Shown in pieces: positions 21,017 to 30,827 of a stretch of DNA of 64,000 nt. Source of the stretch: an uncultured delta proteobacterium. GTDB lineage: Bacteria > Desulfobacterota > Desulfomonilia > UBA1062. A program made the translations under genes and the position numbers. The notes below the pieces were generated by a model that saw only the letters and a list, made by a program, of their open reading frames with translations, made no database searches and was not told the DNA's origin. The DNA lies in contig CAWKAM010000008.1 of the NCBI GenBank assembly GCA_963847605.1, positions 78,084-142,083 of the forward strand, given 5' to 3'. Each line of letters starts with the position of its first letter. Within the stretch, counting starts at the first letter, position 1.

Positions 21017-21898
21017 ATGGAACTCTATCAGCTGCGGACCTTTGTGACGGTGGCAGAGGAAGGGCACCTGACGCGTGCCGCCGGGCGGCTTTTTACGAGT
21101 CAACCCGCCATCAGCGCCCATATCAAAGCCCTCGAAGAGGAATTGGGAGTGCCCTTGTTCGTACGGACACCCAAGGGTATGCAGCTCACCAGAGAAGGTG
21201 AATTGCTCAAGGCCCAGGCGGAAAAGGCCTTGGACACGATAAAGGAGATGCACCATCAGGCAAAGGTGCTCCAGGGGGACATCCTGGGCACGGTCCGCCT
21301 CGGTCTGAATATTGACCCCATGTTCCTGAAGATCAGCAAATTCTTTTCCATGATGTCGTCCCAATATCCCCGGCTGGAATTCCACCTGCTCCAGAATATG
21401 TCGTGGGAGGTACTCGATAAGATCAAGTCCGGCGGGCTCGATGCTGGGTATATATTCGGCAACAACGAGCATCCCGAGATCGTCACCCTACCCTTATCCG
21501 ATTTCAATCTCAGGATCGTCGGACCCGCCCAGTGGAAAGATGATCTCAAAGGCGCCGACTGGCAGCGGATTGCCGAGATGCCCTGGATCTGGGTTCCCCC
21601 CATGTGCCCATACTATAAGATCGTCAGTACGATGTTTGAAAAGAAAGGCCTCAAACCCTTTAAGGTAGCCCTGGCCGATGGAGACTACATCTGCAGAGCC
21701 CTTGTCTCATCGGGTGTCGGGTTGACCATCATGATCGAGGAGGAGGCCCTGGAAGCCCAAAAAGAAGGCAAGATAGCCATATGGGAAAAGGAGCTCTTCC
21801 AGGTACGACTGTCCTTTGCCTACCTCGGGAACCGCTCAGACGACCCCGATATCCGTGCCGTCCTGGATGGAATCCGCACGGTGTGGGGAGTCGCATGA
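21017..21898 (+). CDS. LysR family transcriptional regulator
   Basis: N-terminal wHTH MELYQLRTFVTVAEEGHLTRAAGRLFTSQPAISAHIKALEEELG is the LysR signature. 293 aa. Confidence 0.85.
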   Translation: MELYQLRTFVTVAEEGHLTRAAGRLFTSQPAISAHIKALEEELGVPLFVRTPKGMQLTREGELLKAQAEKALDTIKEMHHQAKVLQGDILGTVRLGLNIDPMFLKISKFFSMMSSQYPRLEFHLLQNMSWEVLDKIKSGGLDAGYIFGNNEHPEIVTLPLSDFNLRIVGPAQWKDDLKGADWQRIAEMPWIWVPPMCPYYKIVSTMFEKKGLKPFKVALADGDYICRALVSSGVGLTIMIEEEALEAQKEGKIAIWEKELFQVRLSFAYLGNRSDDPDIRAVLDGIRTVWGVA

Positions 21899-21916
21899 TT
21901 TGTATTACAACGTTGC

Positions 21917-23038
21917 TTACTCTCCCTTATGACCGGATTCATGATCCAGCAGAAATTTCTTTCGCCACAACCCGCCGCCATACCCTACCAGGGCTCCATC
22001 TTTGCCGATTACCCTGTGGCAAGGGATGATAATGGAAATCCTGTTGTCGTGGTTCGCCTTCGCAACAGCCCGTAGGGCCTTGGGCTTCCCGATTATCTCT
22101 GCCTGCTCGCTGTAAGAACGGGTCTCGCCGTAAGGGATCGTCTGTAAGGCCTGCCACACCTCCTGCTGGAAAGGTGTGCCCTGCAATACCAAGGGGAGAT
22201 TGAATTCTTTGAGTGTCCCGGCAAAATATTCTTCCATCTGTTTACTCAGCGCCTCAAAATGTCTGTTGGAACCGGGGACAAGCTCTGCGCTCAGTATTCT
22301 TTTTAACCTCGATAGTTGCGTCTCCAGCATCCTTCTATCAATGAATTCCAGAAGGCAGATCCCTTCATCGGTCGCCCCTGCCAGCATGGGGCCTAACGGG
22401 GTCAAGATCCTTGTTATGGTAATAAGCCGATGATGCCGGCTCGTGTTCGGCGAGAACCCTGTGGTCTTTTTGAATGACTCGGTAAACCCGCCCAACGACT
22501 CATAGCCGGATTCAAATGCCGCATCGATGACCTTCTCCCCGAACTGAATCCTTCCGAATGCCTGGCCGATCCGTAATGTCCGCAGATAGGACTGGAAGGT
22601 CATCCCGTGATGCCTTTGGAACCACCGCCGTACACGGTTCGGGTCGATCCCCCGTTGTTTGAGGTCACGGTCTTTCAACCTGATCCCCGGGGAGGAATCG
22701 ATCTCATTAAGAAGGGGCCGCAGCCAGTCAGGCGTCTCCCCTTTGTACCCCAGCGGGTTACAGATCTTGCAGGGCCGGTATCCATGCATAAGGGCTTCGC
22801 GGGCCGATTGGAAAAACTCGACGTTTTCCTGCCTGGGTTTGCGTGCAGTGCAGGTGGGGCGGCAGAATATTCCCGTGGTCTTCACCCCTACGATGAAGAT
22901 ACCTTCAAAGGTGCTGTCTTTCTCCAGCATGGCGTTATACAGAGTCTTCGTATCGGGTAATGCCTGCATCGTACAATCTCCCTTTATCCCTGTTATCAGA
23001 GACGGGTCGTTTGTGACACTCATCATCATTCCCTTCAA
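21917..23038 (-). CDS. ada: bifunctional Ada: AraC-type regulator fused to O6-methylguanine-DNA methyltransferase
   Basis: N-terminal Ada Zn-binding pattern FCRPTCTARKP. AraC HTH. C-terminal PCHRVIGKDG active-site motif of the MGMT family. Confidence 0.8.
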   Translation of the reverse strand: MKGMMMSVTNDPSLITGIKGDCTMQALPDTKTLYNAMLEKDSTFEGIFIVGVKTTGIFCRPTCTARKPRQENVEFFQSAREALMHGYRPCKICNPLGYKGETPDWLRPLLNEIDSSPGIRLKDRDLKQRGIDPNRVRRWFQRHHGMTFQSYLRTLRIGQAFGRIQFGEKVIDAAFESGYESLGGFTESFKKTTGFSPNTSRHHRLITITRILTPLGPMLAGATDEGICLLEFIDRRMLETQLSRLKRILSAELVPGSNRHFEALSKQMEEYFAGTLKEFNLPLVLQGTPFQQEVWQALQTIPYGETRSYSEQAEIIGKPKALRAVAKANHDNRISIIIPCHRVIGKDGALVGYGGGLWRKKFLLDHESGHKGE

Positions 23039-23527
23039 TAAGGTCTGTCTGAAAAACGGGCAACCGGAAATTTAACAACCAATTTCCGATTGTTTGAGGA
23101 AGAGGCGGAATACCACCTTAAAAAACGAGAAGGGTTTCCCTGCACCTCTAATAACTCAGGTAATCACGGATGATTTTTCCATGAGTGTCGCCCCCGCGAA
23201 ACTTGTCCTCGACCTGATCGGGGAGCGGGGGTCCAGAAGTGTTCAAAATGACTGGATTCGAAGCTTCCGCGGGAATGACGCATGAAAAGGGATCACCCCG
23301 AAATATGAAAAGACAGTATCGTTTCATGCTATGTCCCCTCTCCCCACGCGGGAGTGACTCAGTCCATCCCTGGCCTTCGCCCTATGGGCGCACGTAAAGT
23401 GCGTCCAATTCGTCTATCCTGACGAATTGTGGGACTTCGGTGAGGGGGTTCCTTATTTTCGTAGGTATGACGCCCGGGATTGGATTTCTTTACGCTCATT
23501 CAAAATTATCAATTATGAGAGGTAACC

Positions 23528-24763
23528 TTATGCCTTGAGAGATTTGATAACCTCCATACAATCCTCTTTGCCCATGATCTTGGGAACAGGATAGGTAGGG
23601 TTGCATTCAAACAATGCACGTTCTGCGATGGTCGGGATGTCTTCATCTTTTATGCAGTCAAACTTGTTCGGAATGTTTAATCTGCTGTTCAGCGCTTTAA
23701 CGGCTTCTATAAAAGCCCAGGCCTTCTGAGACCGGCTCATGCCGAACCTGGCAACGCCGGCAGCCTCCGCAAGTTCAGCCAGAGGTTTGTGCGCTGCTTC
23801 GCCGAACCACTCAAGGATATAGGGCATGATAACAGACATTGCGAGACCATGAGGAACACCATACATGCCGCCGAGGTTATGACCGATCCCGTGAACATAA
23901 CCGACGCCGCCACGGGTGAATGAATATCCTGCATAATAGGAAGCAAGGAGCATCTGCCCGCGTGCTTCAAGGTCTTTACCGTCATGGTAAGCCTTTTCAA
24001 TATTGTTGAAGATCATTTCGACTGCCAGAACAGCCTTTATACGTGTAGTTGAATTGTTATAGAATTTCCCGATGTAGGACTCAACCGCATGTGTCAATGC
24101 ATCCATACCTGTTGTTGCGGTAATGTGAGGCGGAAGACCGACGCTCAGTACCGGGTCGAGAACCGCGTATCTCGGACGGATAGCAGGGTCGTTGATCGGA
24201 TATTTTTCGTGCGTTTGCGTGTTCGATACCACGGCCGCTATGGTGGTTTCGGAACCTGTACCCGCTGTTATCGGAACTGCGAAAAGCGCCGGAGGGAAAA
24301 GAGACCCCATTTTAACCGCAGGCATTATTACCTTGAACAAACCTCTCATCTTGGTAACCGAACGATTCGGGCGGGCAACCCGTGCGCCGGTAACTTTTGC
24401 GCAATCCATGGGTGAACCGCCGCCGAAAGCTATGATGGCCTGACAGTTTTTTGCCTTGTAGATTTTAAATGCTGCTTCGATGTTGTCGATGGTAGGGTTG
24501 GGCTGTACCTGGTCGTAGAGTGAATACTTGATACCTGCGGAACCGAGAGCCTCAAAGAGAGAATCGAGCAGGCGAAGACCCATAAGGCCGGGGTCGGTAA
24601 CGACAAGAACGCTGGTGATATCTTTGTTTCTGATGACCAGAGGAAGTTTTATTATGCTGTCCGTGCCTTCGATGATCTCGGGTTCAATCCAGGGAATAAG
24701 ATTCATTCCCACACCCAGAACGAACTGATACGTACGATAATACGCTTTCTTTAATGCCCACAC
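23528..24763 (-). CDS. iron-containing (class III) alcohol dehydrogenase
   Basis: GGGSPMDCAK and HGIGHNLGG motifs. Start set at the GTG (reading MWALKK) with GGGGAGG 8 nt upstream. The ORF-track ATG lies further upstream. Confidence 0.8.
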   Translation of the reverse strand: MWALKKAYYRTYQFVLGVGMNLIPWIEPEIIEGTDSIIKLPLVIRNKDITSVLVVTDPGLMGLRLLDSLFEALGSAGIKYSLYDQVQPNPTIDNIEAAFKIYKAKNCQAIIAFGGGSPMDCAKVTGARVARPNRSVTKMRGLFKVIMPAVKMGSLFPPALFAVPITAGTGSETTIAAVVSNTQTHEKYPINDPAIRPRYAVLDPVLSVGLPPHITATTGMDALTHAVESYIGKFYNNSTTRIKAVLAVEMIFNNIEKAYHDGKDLEARGQMLLASYYAGYSFTRGGVGYVHGIGHNLGGMYGVPHGLAMSVIMPYILEWFGEAAHKPLAELAEAAGVARFGMSRSQKAWAFIEAVKALNSRLNIPNKFDCIKDEDIPTIAERALFECNPTYPVPKIMGKEDCMEVIKSLKA

Positions 24764-25141
24764 GATGAGTACCTCCCCGATGTTTGATTTCTCAGTCGAC
24801 TTTAACACACCATAAAAGTAATTTCTATTACCCAACGATCGTATCCGTTTGTGCACTAAGCAGAAAGAACTCGTATTGGGAGGAGGCAGTTTTCAGTAAG
24901 AGATAGAGGAGATGTTAAAGCGGAAGGTAAGGCCTAGAGGGGAGAACGAAGAAGAAAGAAAATGGTTTCTGACACCATTTATTTCCTTACCAACCCTTAT
25001 GAGTGAGATAATCGTAAATGAATGAAATGGAGAAAATGGGTTCAGAGATCATTTATGCATGTTATCATTAGCCGATTTTGAAAAACTAGTATGGAGCCCC
25101 GAATTTGTGTGTACCCGAATTTTGAATTTTAGAGAAGTAGT

Positions 25142-26143
25142 TCATGAACGATTGAACTCCTCTTCAAACTGTCGAATTACTGCCATCATCTCATCAAAGT
25201 CTGGTGGCTCACCGAAAAACATTTCTTCACGCATAGCGTTATAATCACGCTTCCAATCGCTTAATTGGTCCCCTGTTGGCAGCAACCGCAAAGTTCCTTT
25301 TTGAAGTGTATCGTAATCCATCCAAGTTTGGTTGAAAAAAATCTTTCGGTGTTGAGCAATGTGAACGAACAGGTCGAGATCAGCTATGGCTTGTGCTGCA
25401 ATACCTGCTCCGATTAGACACCAGAGATCATAATAGTGACGGGACAATCTTGGTTTGCGTGGCTTTCCAGTTGGGCGGTAGGTCTCTTCGTGCAAGAGCA
25501 TTGCCTTTTCCCAAAATGTTCGCCTAGCCGCCACGGTTCTCAGGGAAAAGGTGCTATCCTGAAGTAGGTCTTTGAAAGCTTCTGCTAGATATGGCTTAAT
25601 TGATGGCGTCTCGACTGGTTCCGTTTCTGAACGAGCACCCATTTCAATTTTGACAACTGGGCGCAAGTACTTGATACTGGCGATAAAAACAGAGGGGTAC
25701 TGGAAGAGTAATGTCTGCTGGTCTGGATCCTCAAGTTCATCAGCCAAAGTCAACTCCCAGGACAAATCAGCAGGAAGTGAGTCTCTCATGTGCTGTTCCA
25801 GCATAGGCCATAATTCATCTTGGATGCTTTGACTGCATTTCTTTTTCAGCTTTTTCTGTTTATTATTACTGAGGGTTTGCTCTCCAAATCCGAGATATTC
25901 TCGATCTATGACTACATCAATGTCCTCAGAAAATCTTGAGATTAGCTGCCAACATTTAGAAAGGGATGTACCTCCCTTGAATGTTAGATGCTCTCCCCAT
26001 TTTGGAAGATTAAAAAGTTTTCGCAAGGTCCAACAGACCCAAAAATCCTTTTCGATAGCTGCTGGGGCTAGGCCAATCCGATGTTGTCCTTCTTGGTATA
26101 GGAGATGCTTCTGCTCAGCTTGAAGATTAAGAAATCTATCCAT
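25142..26143 (-). CDS. AbiEii/AbiGii family nucleotidyltransferase toxin (type IV toxin-antitoxin / abortive infection)
   Basis: FKGGTSLSKCWQLISRFSEDIDV is the DUF1814/AbiEii nucleotidyltransferase signature. 333 aa. Reduced GC. Confidence 0.75.
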   Translation of the reverse strand: MDRFLNLQAEQKHLLYQEGQHRIGLAPAAIEKDFWVCWTLRKLFNLPKWGEHLTFKGGTSLSKCWQLISRFSEDIDVVIDREYLGFGEQTLSNNKQKKLKKKCSQSIQDELWPMLEQHMRDSLPADLSWELTLADELEDPDQQTLLFQYPSVFIASIKYLRPVVKIEMGARSETEPVETPSIKPYLAEAFKDLLQDSTFSLRTVAARRTFWEKAMLLHEETYRPTGKPRKPRLSRHYYDLWCLIGAGIAAQAIADLDLFVHIAQHRKIFFNQTWMDYDTLQKGTLRLLPTGDQLSDWKRDYNAMREEMFFGEPPDFDEMMAVIRQFEEEFNRS

Positions 26144-26146
26144 GTT

Positions 26147-26755
26147 TCAGACGTCCTCTTGCTGAGCAATACGGCGTATGTCAGAGGCAATCCAGGTAGG
26201 GGCATAGCGGAGATCTTGGAGAAGTTGTTTTTTGTCACTAGCAGAAAGTTTCTTGAACAATCGTTTCAAAGTCGATTCATCCACATGGCGCTGGCCAATA
26301 TGGCGCAAGGCCTGGATGACAAGACCACTCACCCGATCAGATGTTACCATGGAACTGGGTGTTGTATGTTTGAGTTTAATGACTTGCTTGCCAAGCTTTA
26401 CCTGGCGTTCTGGTCCATCTGTCAGGAAAACCACTTTAGTTGGCACCTGTTCAGACAACCCCAGAAGATTGGCGGCATAGCCACCAGACGGTTGCAGACG
26501 GATGTTGTCTCGTCCCTTTAGTGCCTTGGCAACAGCGTCTACCGTGGGAGAAACAGGGCCAAGATTCGAGTCTATACGAGGATAATCATAAATACCACGG
26601 GCCAAACGACGCAAGGTACCTTTATTAACAAGGCGGTGCAACGCCAAGTCAACTGCCTGACGACTACCCAGGTCCAAAAAATATTTTGGGGTAAAGACGC
26701 AACCCCTCCCTCGTCCATATATACGACTAAGTATTTTTGAATCAATACTTTGCAT
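26147..26755 (-). CDS. AbiEi family antitoxin / transcriptional autoregulator
   Basis: N-terminal pattern (VFTPKYFLDLGSRQAVDLALHRLVNKGTLRRLARGIYDYP) matches the AbiEi wHTH. 4 nt gap to abiEii. Confidence 0.7.
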   Translation of the reverse strand: MQSIDSKILSRIYGRGRGCVFTPKYFLDLGSRQAVDLALHRLVNKGTLRRLARGIYDYPRIDSNLGPVSPTVDAVAKALKGRDNIRLQPSGGYAANLLGLSEQVPTKVVFLTDGPERQVKLGKQVIKLKHTTPSSMVTSDRVSGLVIQALRHIGQRHVDESTLKRLFKKLSASDKKQLLQDLRYAPTWIASDIRRIAQQEDV

Positions 26756-26884
26756 GACAAACTCACATTACTTTTTGTAAGAAAAAATAGCAATTATTTC
26801 TTACAAAATCAAGAGTGCTTTAAGGATAAAAATTAGTGAATCTATCCATAACTTTTTTCCTCTAAATCAATAGAGAGAAAAAGA

Positions 26885-27838
26885 TTGACAAATTGGTGTA
26901 GGGGAGTGTATGTGTCCTTAGGACACATACATTCCCCTACACCTTTCAGGAGCAATAATTTGGATGTTTCCAAAGCCTTAACTTTAAGCCTGGGAGAATT
27001 AAATCAACCTGTTGTAACAAATTATTATCTAGGTGTAATCCTTGCAACGTGTTATCAAACAAAAGTATTCCGAGAAGAGATAATCAATGGTATTTCTCGG
27101 AAATTCCCAAGCCAAAAAGACTATAAAAAAATAGTAGCTAATCTCGAACAACATGGCGTCATAAAACATCAAGATGCTTATAATATCATTTTACTCAAAA
27201 AAGGTTATAGGCCTTTAGAAATATTATGTTCTATTGATCCTTTTTTGTACATATCTCATCTTAGTGCAATGTCATTTCATGGTTTGATCGATAGAATTCC
27301 AGATGCCGTATATGTTTCTAGTCCTGGACAAAAAATGTGGAGAGAACTAGCAAAACAAAAGATGTTGAATGACTATGGAGATCTTTACCCGAATTTTTTG
27401 GAAAGCCAACTCCCCAGATTAACTAAGCCAGTCATTAGGTATATTGGGAAATATAAAGTGAATACATTTTCAAGCATACATCTAGGATCCTTCCAATATG
27501 TAAGTGATAATGTCCTAAGAGTTTCCACGCTGGGAAGAACCTTTCTCGATATGATCCGAGAGCCCATGCGTTGTGGTGGAATGCGGAAAGTTATTAAAAT
27601 TTATAATAAATGCGGCGGAAAGTATAAAGATTTTATTATCGATGAAGTCAATCAACATGGTAATAAAATAGAGAAGGTTAGGGCTGGATATTTGTTGGAA
27701 GAGGTGTGCGGTATAAGCGAAAAGATAATTGAAAAATGGTTGAGTTATGTTGAAAGAGGTGGTTCACGAAAACTTGATCCAAGTACGGAATATAGACCAA
27801 ACTATTCTGAAAGGTGGTGCCTTTCAATTAATATTTAA
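26885..27838 (+). CDS. AT-rich hypothetical protein, possibly a second orphan AbiEi-like protein
   Basis: 317 aa, about 33% GC. Central YISHLSAMSFHGLIDRIPDAVYV resembles the AbiEi C-terminal-domain motif. The true start is uncertain because a 22-bp hairpin overlaps the annotated 5' end. Confidence 0.35.
   Translation: MTNWCRGVYVSLGHIHSPTPFRSNNLDVSKALTLSLGELNQPVVTNYYLGVILATCYQTKVFREEIINGISRKFPSQKDYKKIVANLEQHGVIKHQDAYNIILLKKGYRPLEILCSIDPFLYISHLSAMSFHGLIDRIPDAVYVSSPGQKMWRELAKQKMLNDYGDLYPNFLESQLPRLTKPVIRYIGKYKVNTFSSIHLGSFQYVSDNVLRVSTLGRTFLDMIREPMRCGGMRKVIKIYNKCGGKYKDFIIDEVNQHGNKIEKVRAGYLLEEVCGISEKIIEKWLSYVERGGSRKLDPSTEYRPNYSERWCLSINI
26896..26942. promoter_or_regulatory. 22-bp near-perfect inverted repeat (3-nt loop) in the divergent intergenic/5' region of the AbiE islet
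   Basis: GTGTAGGGGAGTGTATGTGTCC-TTA-GGACACATACATTCCCCTACAC, one G:T wobble. Candidate operator or structured element. Confidence 0.4.
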
Positions 27839-28026
27839 AAAATCCGAGATTCAGGGACACCACGAAATCCGGAGTTTTTTATAAAGTATAGAAGCTGACT
27901 GGGTCCGGGTCGGACGGATAAATGGGGTCAGAGACCGACTTTTATGGGATAATTGGGGACGTTTTCACATTTCTCACACCTTGAATTTGAGCCCGTCCCC
28001 GATTCTTCCCTTTTCGTAAGAATTTT

Positions 28027-28934
28027 CTAAAACCCCATCCGCGCCATCTGGAACATGAGTTTCCTCCCCCATCCCATACGCATCAGAAATGCCTGGAATC
28101 CAAAGAAGGCAGAAGGGGATATGCGTTTGGATATCCAGAATATCTTCGCTGTGGCCTGCGGAACCACATACATCTTGTCCTTTTTCACGGCATCGATCAC
28201 CAGATTGGCAATCATCTCAGGTGTCCACCTCGCATTGTCCACGCCTGTCGTTGAACATTGCCTCTGGAACTCGTCCGTGCATCTCATCTTCTCCATGAGA
28301 TTTGTCTTGATGAATGTCGGGCAGATCACCGTCACCCCGATGTTGGAGGGGGCGAGCTCGCTCTTGAGCGTCTCTGAAATGGAGATGACCGCGGCCTTTG
28401 TCGCATTGTACGGGCCCATCTCAGCGGATGAGATGATACCGGCAGCGGATGCAACGTTCACGATAGAGCCGCTCCCCTGTTTTTTCATCCTCGGGACAAA
28501 GGCATGACAGCCGTACACGACACCCCAGAAGTTGATGGAAACAATCCACTCCCAATCCTTGATCGGGATGTCGCCCATGAATCCGATTGAGGCAACACCC
28601 GCGTTGTTGATGAGGATGTCCACCTTGCCCCACGCATCGAAGCAATGGTCTGCCATCCTCATGACATCATCGAGCCTGGATACATCGCAGAGGAATACCT
28701 CTGGCTTGCCCCCTGACTGCCTTACCATCTCGCATGTCTGCTTGAGCCCTGCCTCATTGATATCGGCCAGGAGTATGGTGCATTGCTCTTTTGCCAATGC
28801 AAGCGCCAGCCCCTTCCTATTCCCGACGCTGCCCCGGTGATTACCGCCGTTTTTCCACTGAAGGTCTCTCTTCCCCATGGCTTAAGCCCCCTAATCGTCG
28901 ATGAGATTCTTTGAATTGAAAAGGATTGCCTCAT
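28027..28934 (-). pseudogene. short-chain dehydrogenase/reductase (SDR), interrupted by a 1-nt frame change in a G4 run (about 28810-28813)
   Basis: ORF 28722-28934 carries FSGKTAVITGAASGIGRG (Rossmann TGxxxGxG). ORF 28027-28878 continues in another frame with LALALAKEQCTILLADINEAG and the catalytic region. Inserting one G restores ...SGIGRGLALALA.... Confidence 0.7.
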
Positions 28935-29670
28935 ACGACGGTATATACTGATACAGGACCGGCAGTCTGCTCAATCCCATGTCGCGCAGCTCGGTGCATA
29001 TCCTGTGGTGGCTTCCGATATCCAGCTTGGCCGCGTTGAATCCGATGGTCTGGCGATACTGGATGGGGTTTATATAGAGATTCGCCTTCAGCGGAATGCC
29101 GCCCTTCAGGGTGTGGAGGATATACTTCGTGAGCCTGCCCCGTGATGTCTTTACATTCTTCCCTTTGAGCGTCAGGATCCTCTGGCCGTTCTCCGCTACC
29201 GTGCAGGTGGTGTATCCTTTCTCATGGCTGAAGGATATGTCGGCGATGAACTTCGGATATCCTGCCATCTCGACCCCTCCACAACGCGCCCTCTCGGACG
29301 TTACGGGGAGGTGGAGGATATAGGCGGTGAAGCAGTCCTTGAGCATATACGAAAGGGAGGTCAGTCCCGGGATGGCCCTCTTGCCATAGGATATGACCGC
29401 GCTGATGCTGAATTCGTTGTACGGGCCGATATCCGTGTTGCGGTACTCGAAGGCGCTAAACACCATCAGGCACCTAGCCGGGAACATCTCCACAGGATGC
29501 ATGTCAGGTGAAGGGAGATACTTCCTCACCTTCTTGGTAGAGGCCGTGTAGATGGCGCTCATTGCAGTGTTGTCATAATAGAAGATCGGAAGCCTGACTT
29601 CGTAGTCCTTGTACTCGATCTGATCCAGGCCTTTGAAGAAATTGTTCGTATCCGGCACGCGCTTTTTCAT
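28891..29670 (-). CDS. acetoacetate decarboxylase (ADC)-like family protein
   Basis: 259 aa. Weak resemblance to the ADC-like fold pattern. Sits inside an acyl-CoA metabolism cluster. Confidence 0.35.
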   Translation of the reverse strand: MKKRVPDTNNFFKGLDQIEYKDYEVRLPIFYYDNTAMSAIYTASTKKVRKYLPSPDMHPVEMFPARCLMVFSAFEYRNTDIGPYNEFSISAVISYGKRAIPGLTSLSYMLKDCFTAYILHLPVTSERARCGGVEMAGYPKFIADISFSHEKGYTTCTVAENGQRILTLKGKNVKTSRGRLTKYILHTLKGGIPLKANLYINPIQYRQTIGFNAAKLDIGSHHRICTELRDMGLSRLPVLYQYIPSYEAILFNSKNLIDD

Positions 29671-30809
29671 ACATTCGCCTCCTCGATGATTCTCTCGATA
29701 TATTTCATCTTTTTCAGGCCGCTCATACCCAGCAGCGACCTTGCCTGTCTGGCATCCCGCATCCGCTTTTCCTGGCCGTAGTCTTTCATGTATCCGTTGC
29801 CCCCCAGCAGCTGGACGCCTTCTGACGTTGCGGTGCAGGCCATGTCGCTTATGTGGATCACCGCTGCAAGGGCAGAGCGTTTTCCATCAGGCGGGGCCGC
29901 ATCGGATGCGGAGAGGATCCCGGACAGGCAGCTCCTTGCCACATCGATCTGGATGGCGATCTCGGCCAGCTTCATGCGGACACCGGACCACTCGACAATG
30001 TTACGGCCGCCCTGCCAGCGCTGCCCGGCATATTCAAGGGCCTCTTTGAAGCAGCCCTGCATGATGCCGAGCGATATTGCCGCAGCCGGCAGGGACATAC
30101 GCGACTGCATGGTATGGAAATAGATCTCACCTTTGCCTTCAGCACCTATCAGCAGTGCCGGCACATCCTTCAGGGTGGTGTCGACGGCCTGGCAGGCCTG
30201 AAAGCCCAGGGTGAGTATGGGACCTGACCTCGTCACGCCGTCTCCGGTCAGATCGATGAGATAGTAGGAAAAGCCTTTGCCGTTCTGCCGGGCTCCGGCT
30301 GCGACCGCATACCGGGCCATGCCTCCGAGCACAAGGAATGGCAGCCAGCCGGTCAGCAGATGCCTGCCCTCGCCGGTGACCTCAGGAAGGTCCATTTCAT
30401 CTGGCGAGGCATAGGACTGGAATGCTAGGGGGATGCTATCGGGACCGGCAGCCAGCTGGTAGATGGGCCGACAGCCTTCTGCATCGGTTTCTGCGGCCGC
30501 TGATATGATCTCGAGGGCTGCGGCATGGGTGAAGAGTATGCCCGCCATGCCTGCATCTATGGCGCTGATCTCTTCCATGATGCCGGCAAGGGCAGGGGCA
30601 TTCAGCCCTACTCCGCCCCATTCGATGGGGAGGTTGATGCCGAACAGCCCTGCTTTTTTGGCTGTCTCCATCACACCGGTTATCTCACGGGGATAGGGAT
30701 ATTCATGATCGAGTACATGCTCGAAGAGCTCTTTTCTGGCAAAGCTGTGCGCCAGGTCGCCAAACGCCTTGAGCTCTTCGTTTTGTGCTGCGTGTGCTGA
30801 AAGGTTCAT
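29667..30809 (-). CDS. acyl-CoA dehydrogenase
   Basis: 380 aa. ACAD N/M/C domain pattern (GLFGINLPIEWGGVGL ... IYQLAAG...). Confidence 0.8.
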   Translation of the reverse strand: MNLSAHAAQNEELKAFGDLAHSFARKELFEHVLDHEYPYPREITGVMETAKKAGLFGINLPIEWGGVGLNAPALAGIMEEISAIDAGMAGILFTHAAALEIISAAAETDAEGCRPIYQLAAGPDSIPLAFQSYASPDEMDLPEVTGEGRHLLTGWLPFLVLGGMARYAVAAGARQNGKGFSYYLIDLTGDGVTRSGPILTLGFQACQAVDTTLKDVPALLIGAEGKGEIYFHTMQSRMSLPAAAISLGIMQGCFKEALEYAGQRWQGGRNIVEWSGVRMKLAEIAIQIDVARSCLSGILSASDAAPPDGKRSALAAVIHISDMACTATSEGVQLLGGNGYMKDYGQEKRMRDARQARSLLGMSGLKKMKYIERIIEEANV

Positions 30810-30827
30810 GATCTGCCTCCTTGATCC

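Noticed and set aside
23094-23285. Small ORFs in intergenic regions (23094-23285, 20688-20936, 33900-34085, 34288-34530).
   Set aside because: No RBS, atypical composition and no motifs. Treated as noncoding.
23180-23300. Possible tRNA-like T-loop (GCTTCGAATCC on the minus strand) in the ada upstream region.
   Set aside because: The match comes from a palindromic GAAGCTTC (HindIII-like) site. No acceptor/D/anticodon stems can be drawn around it.
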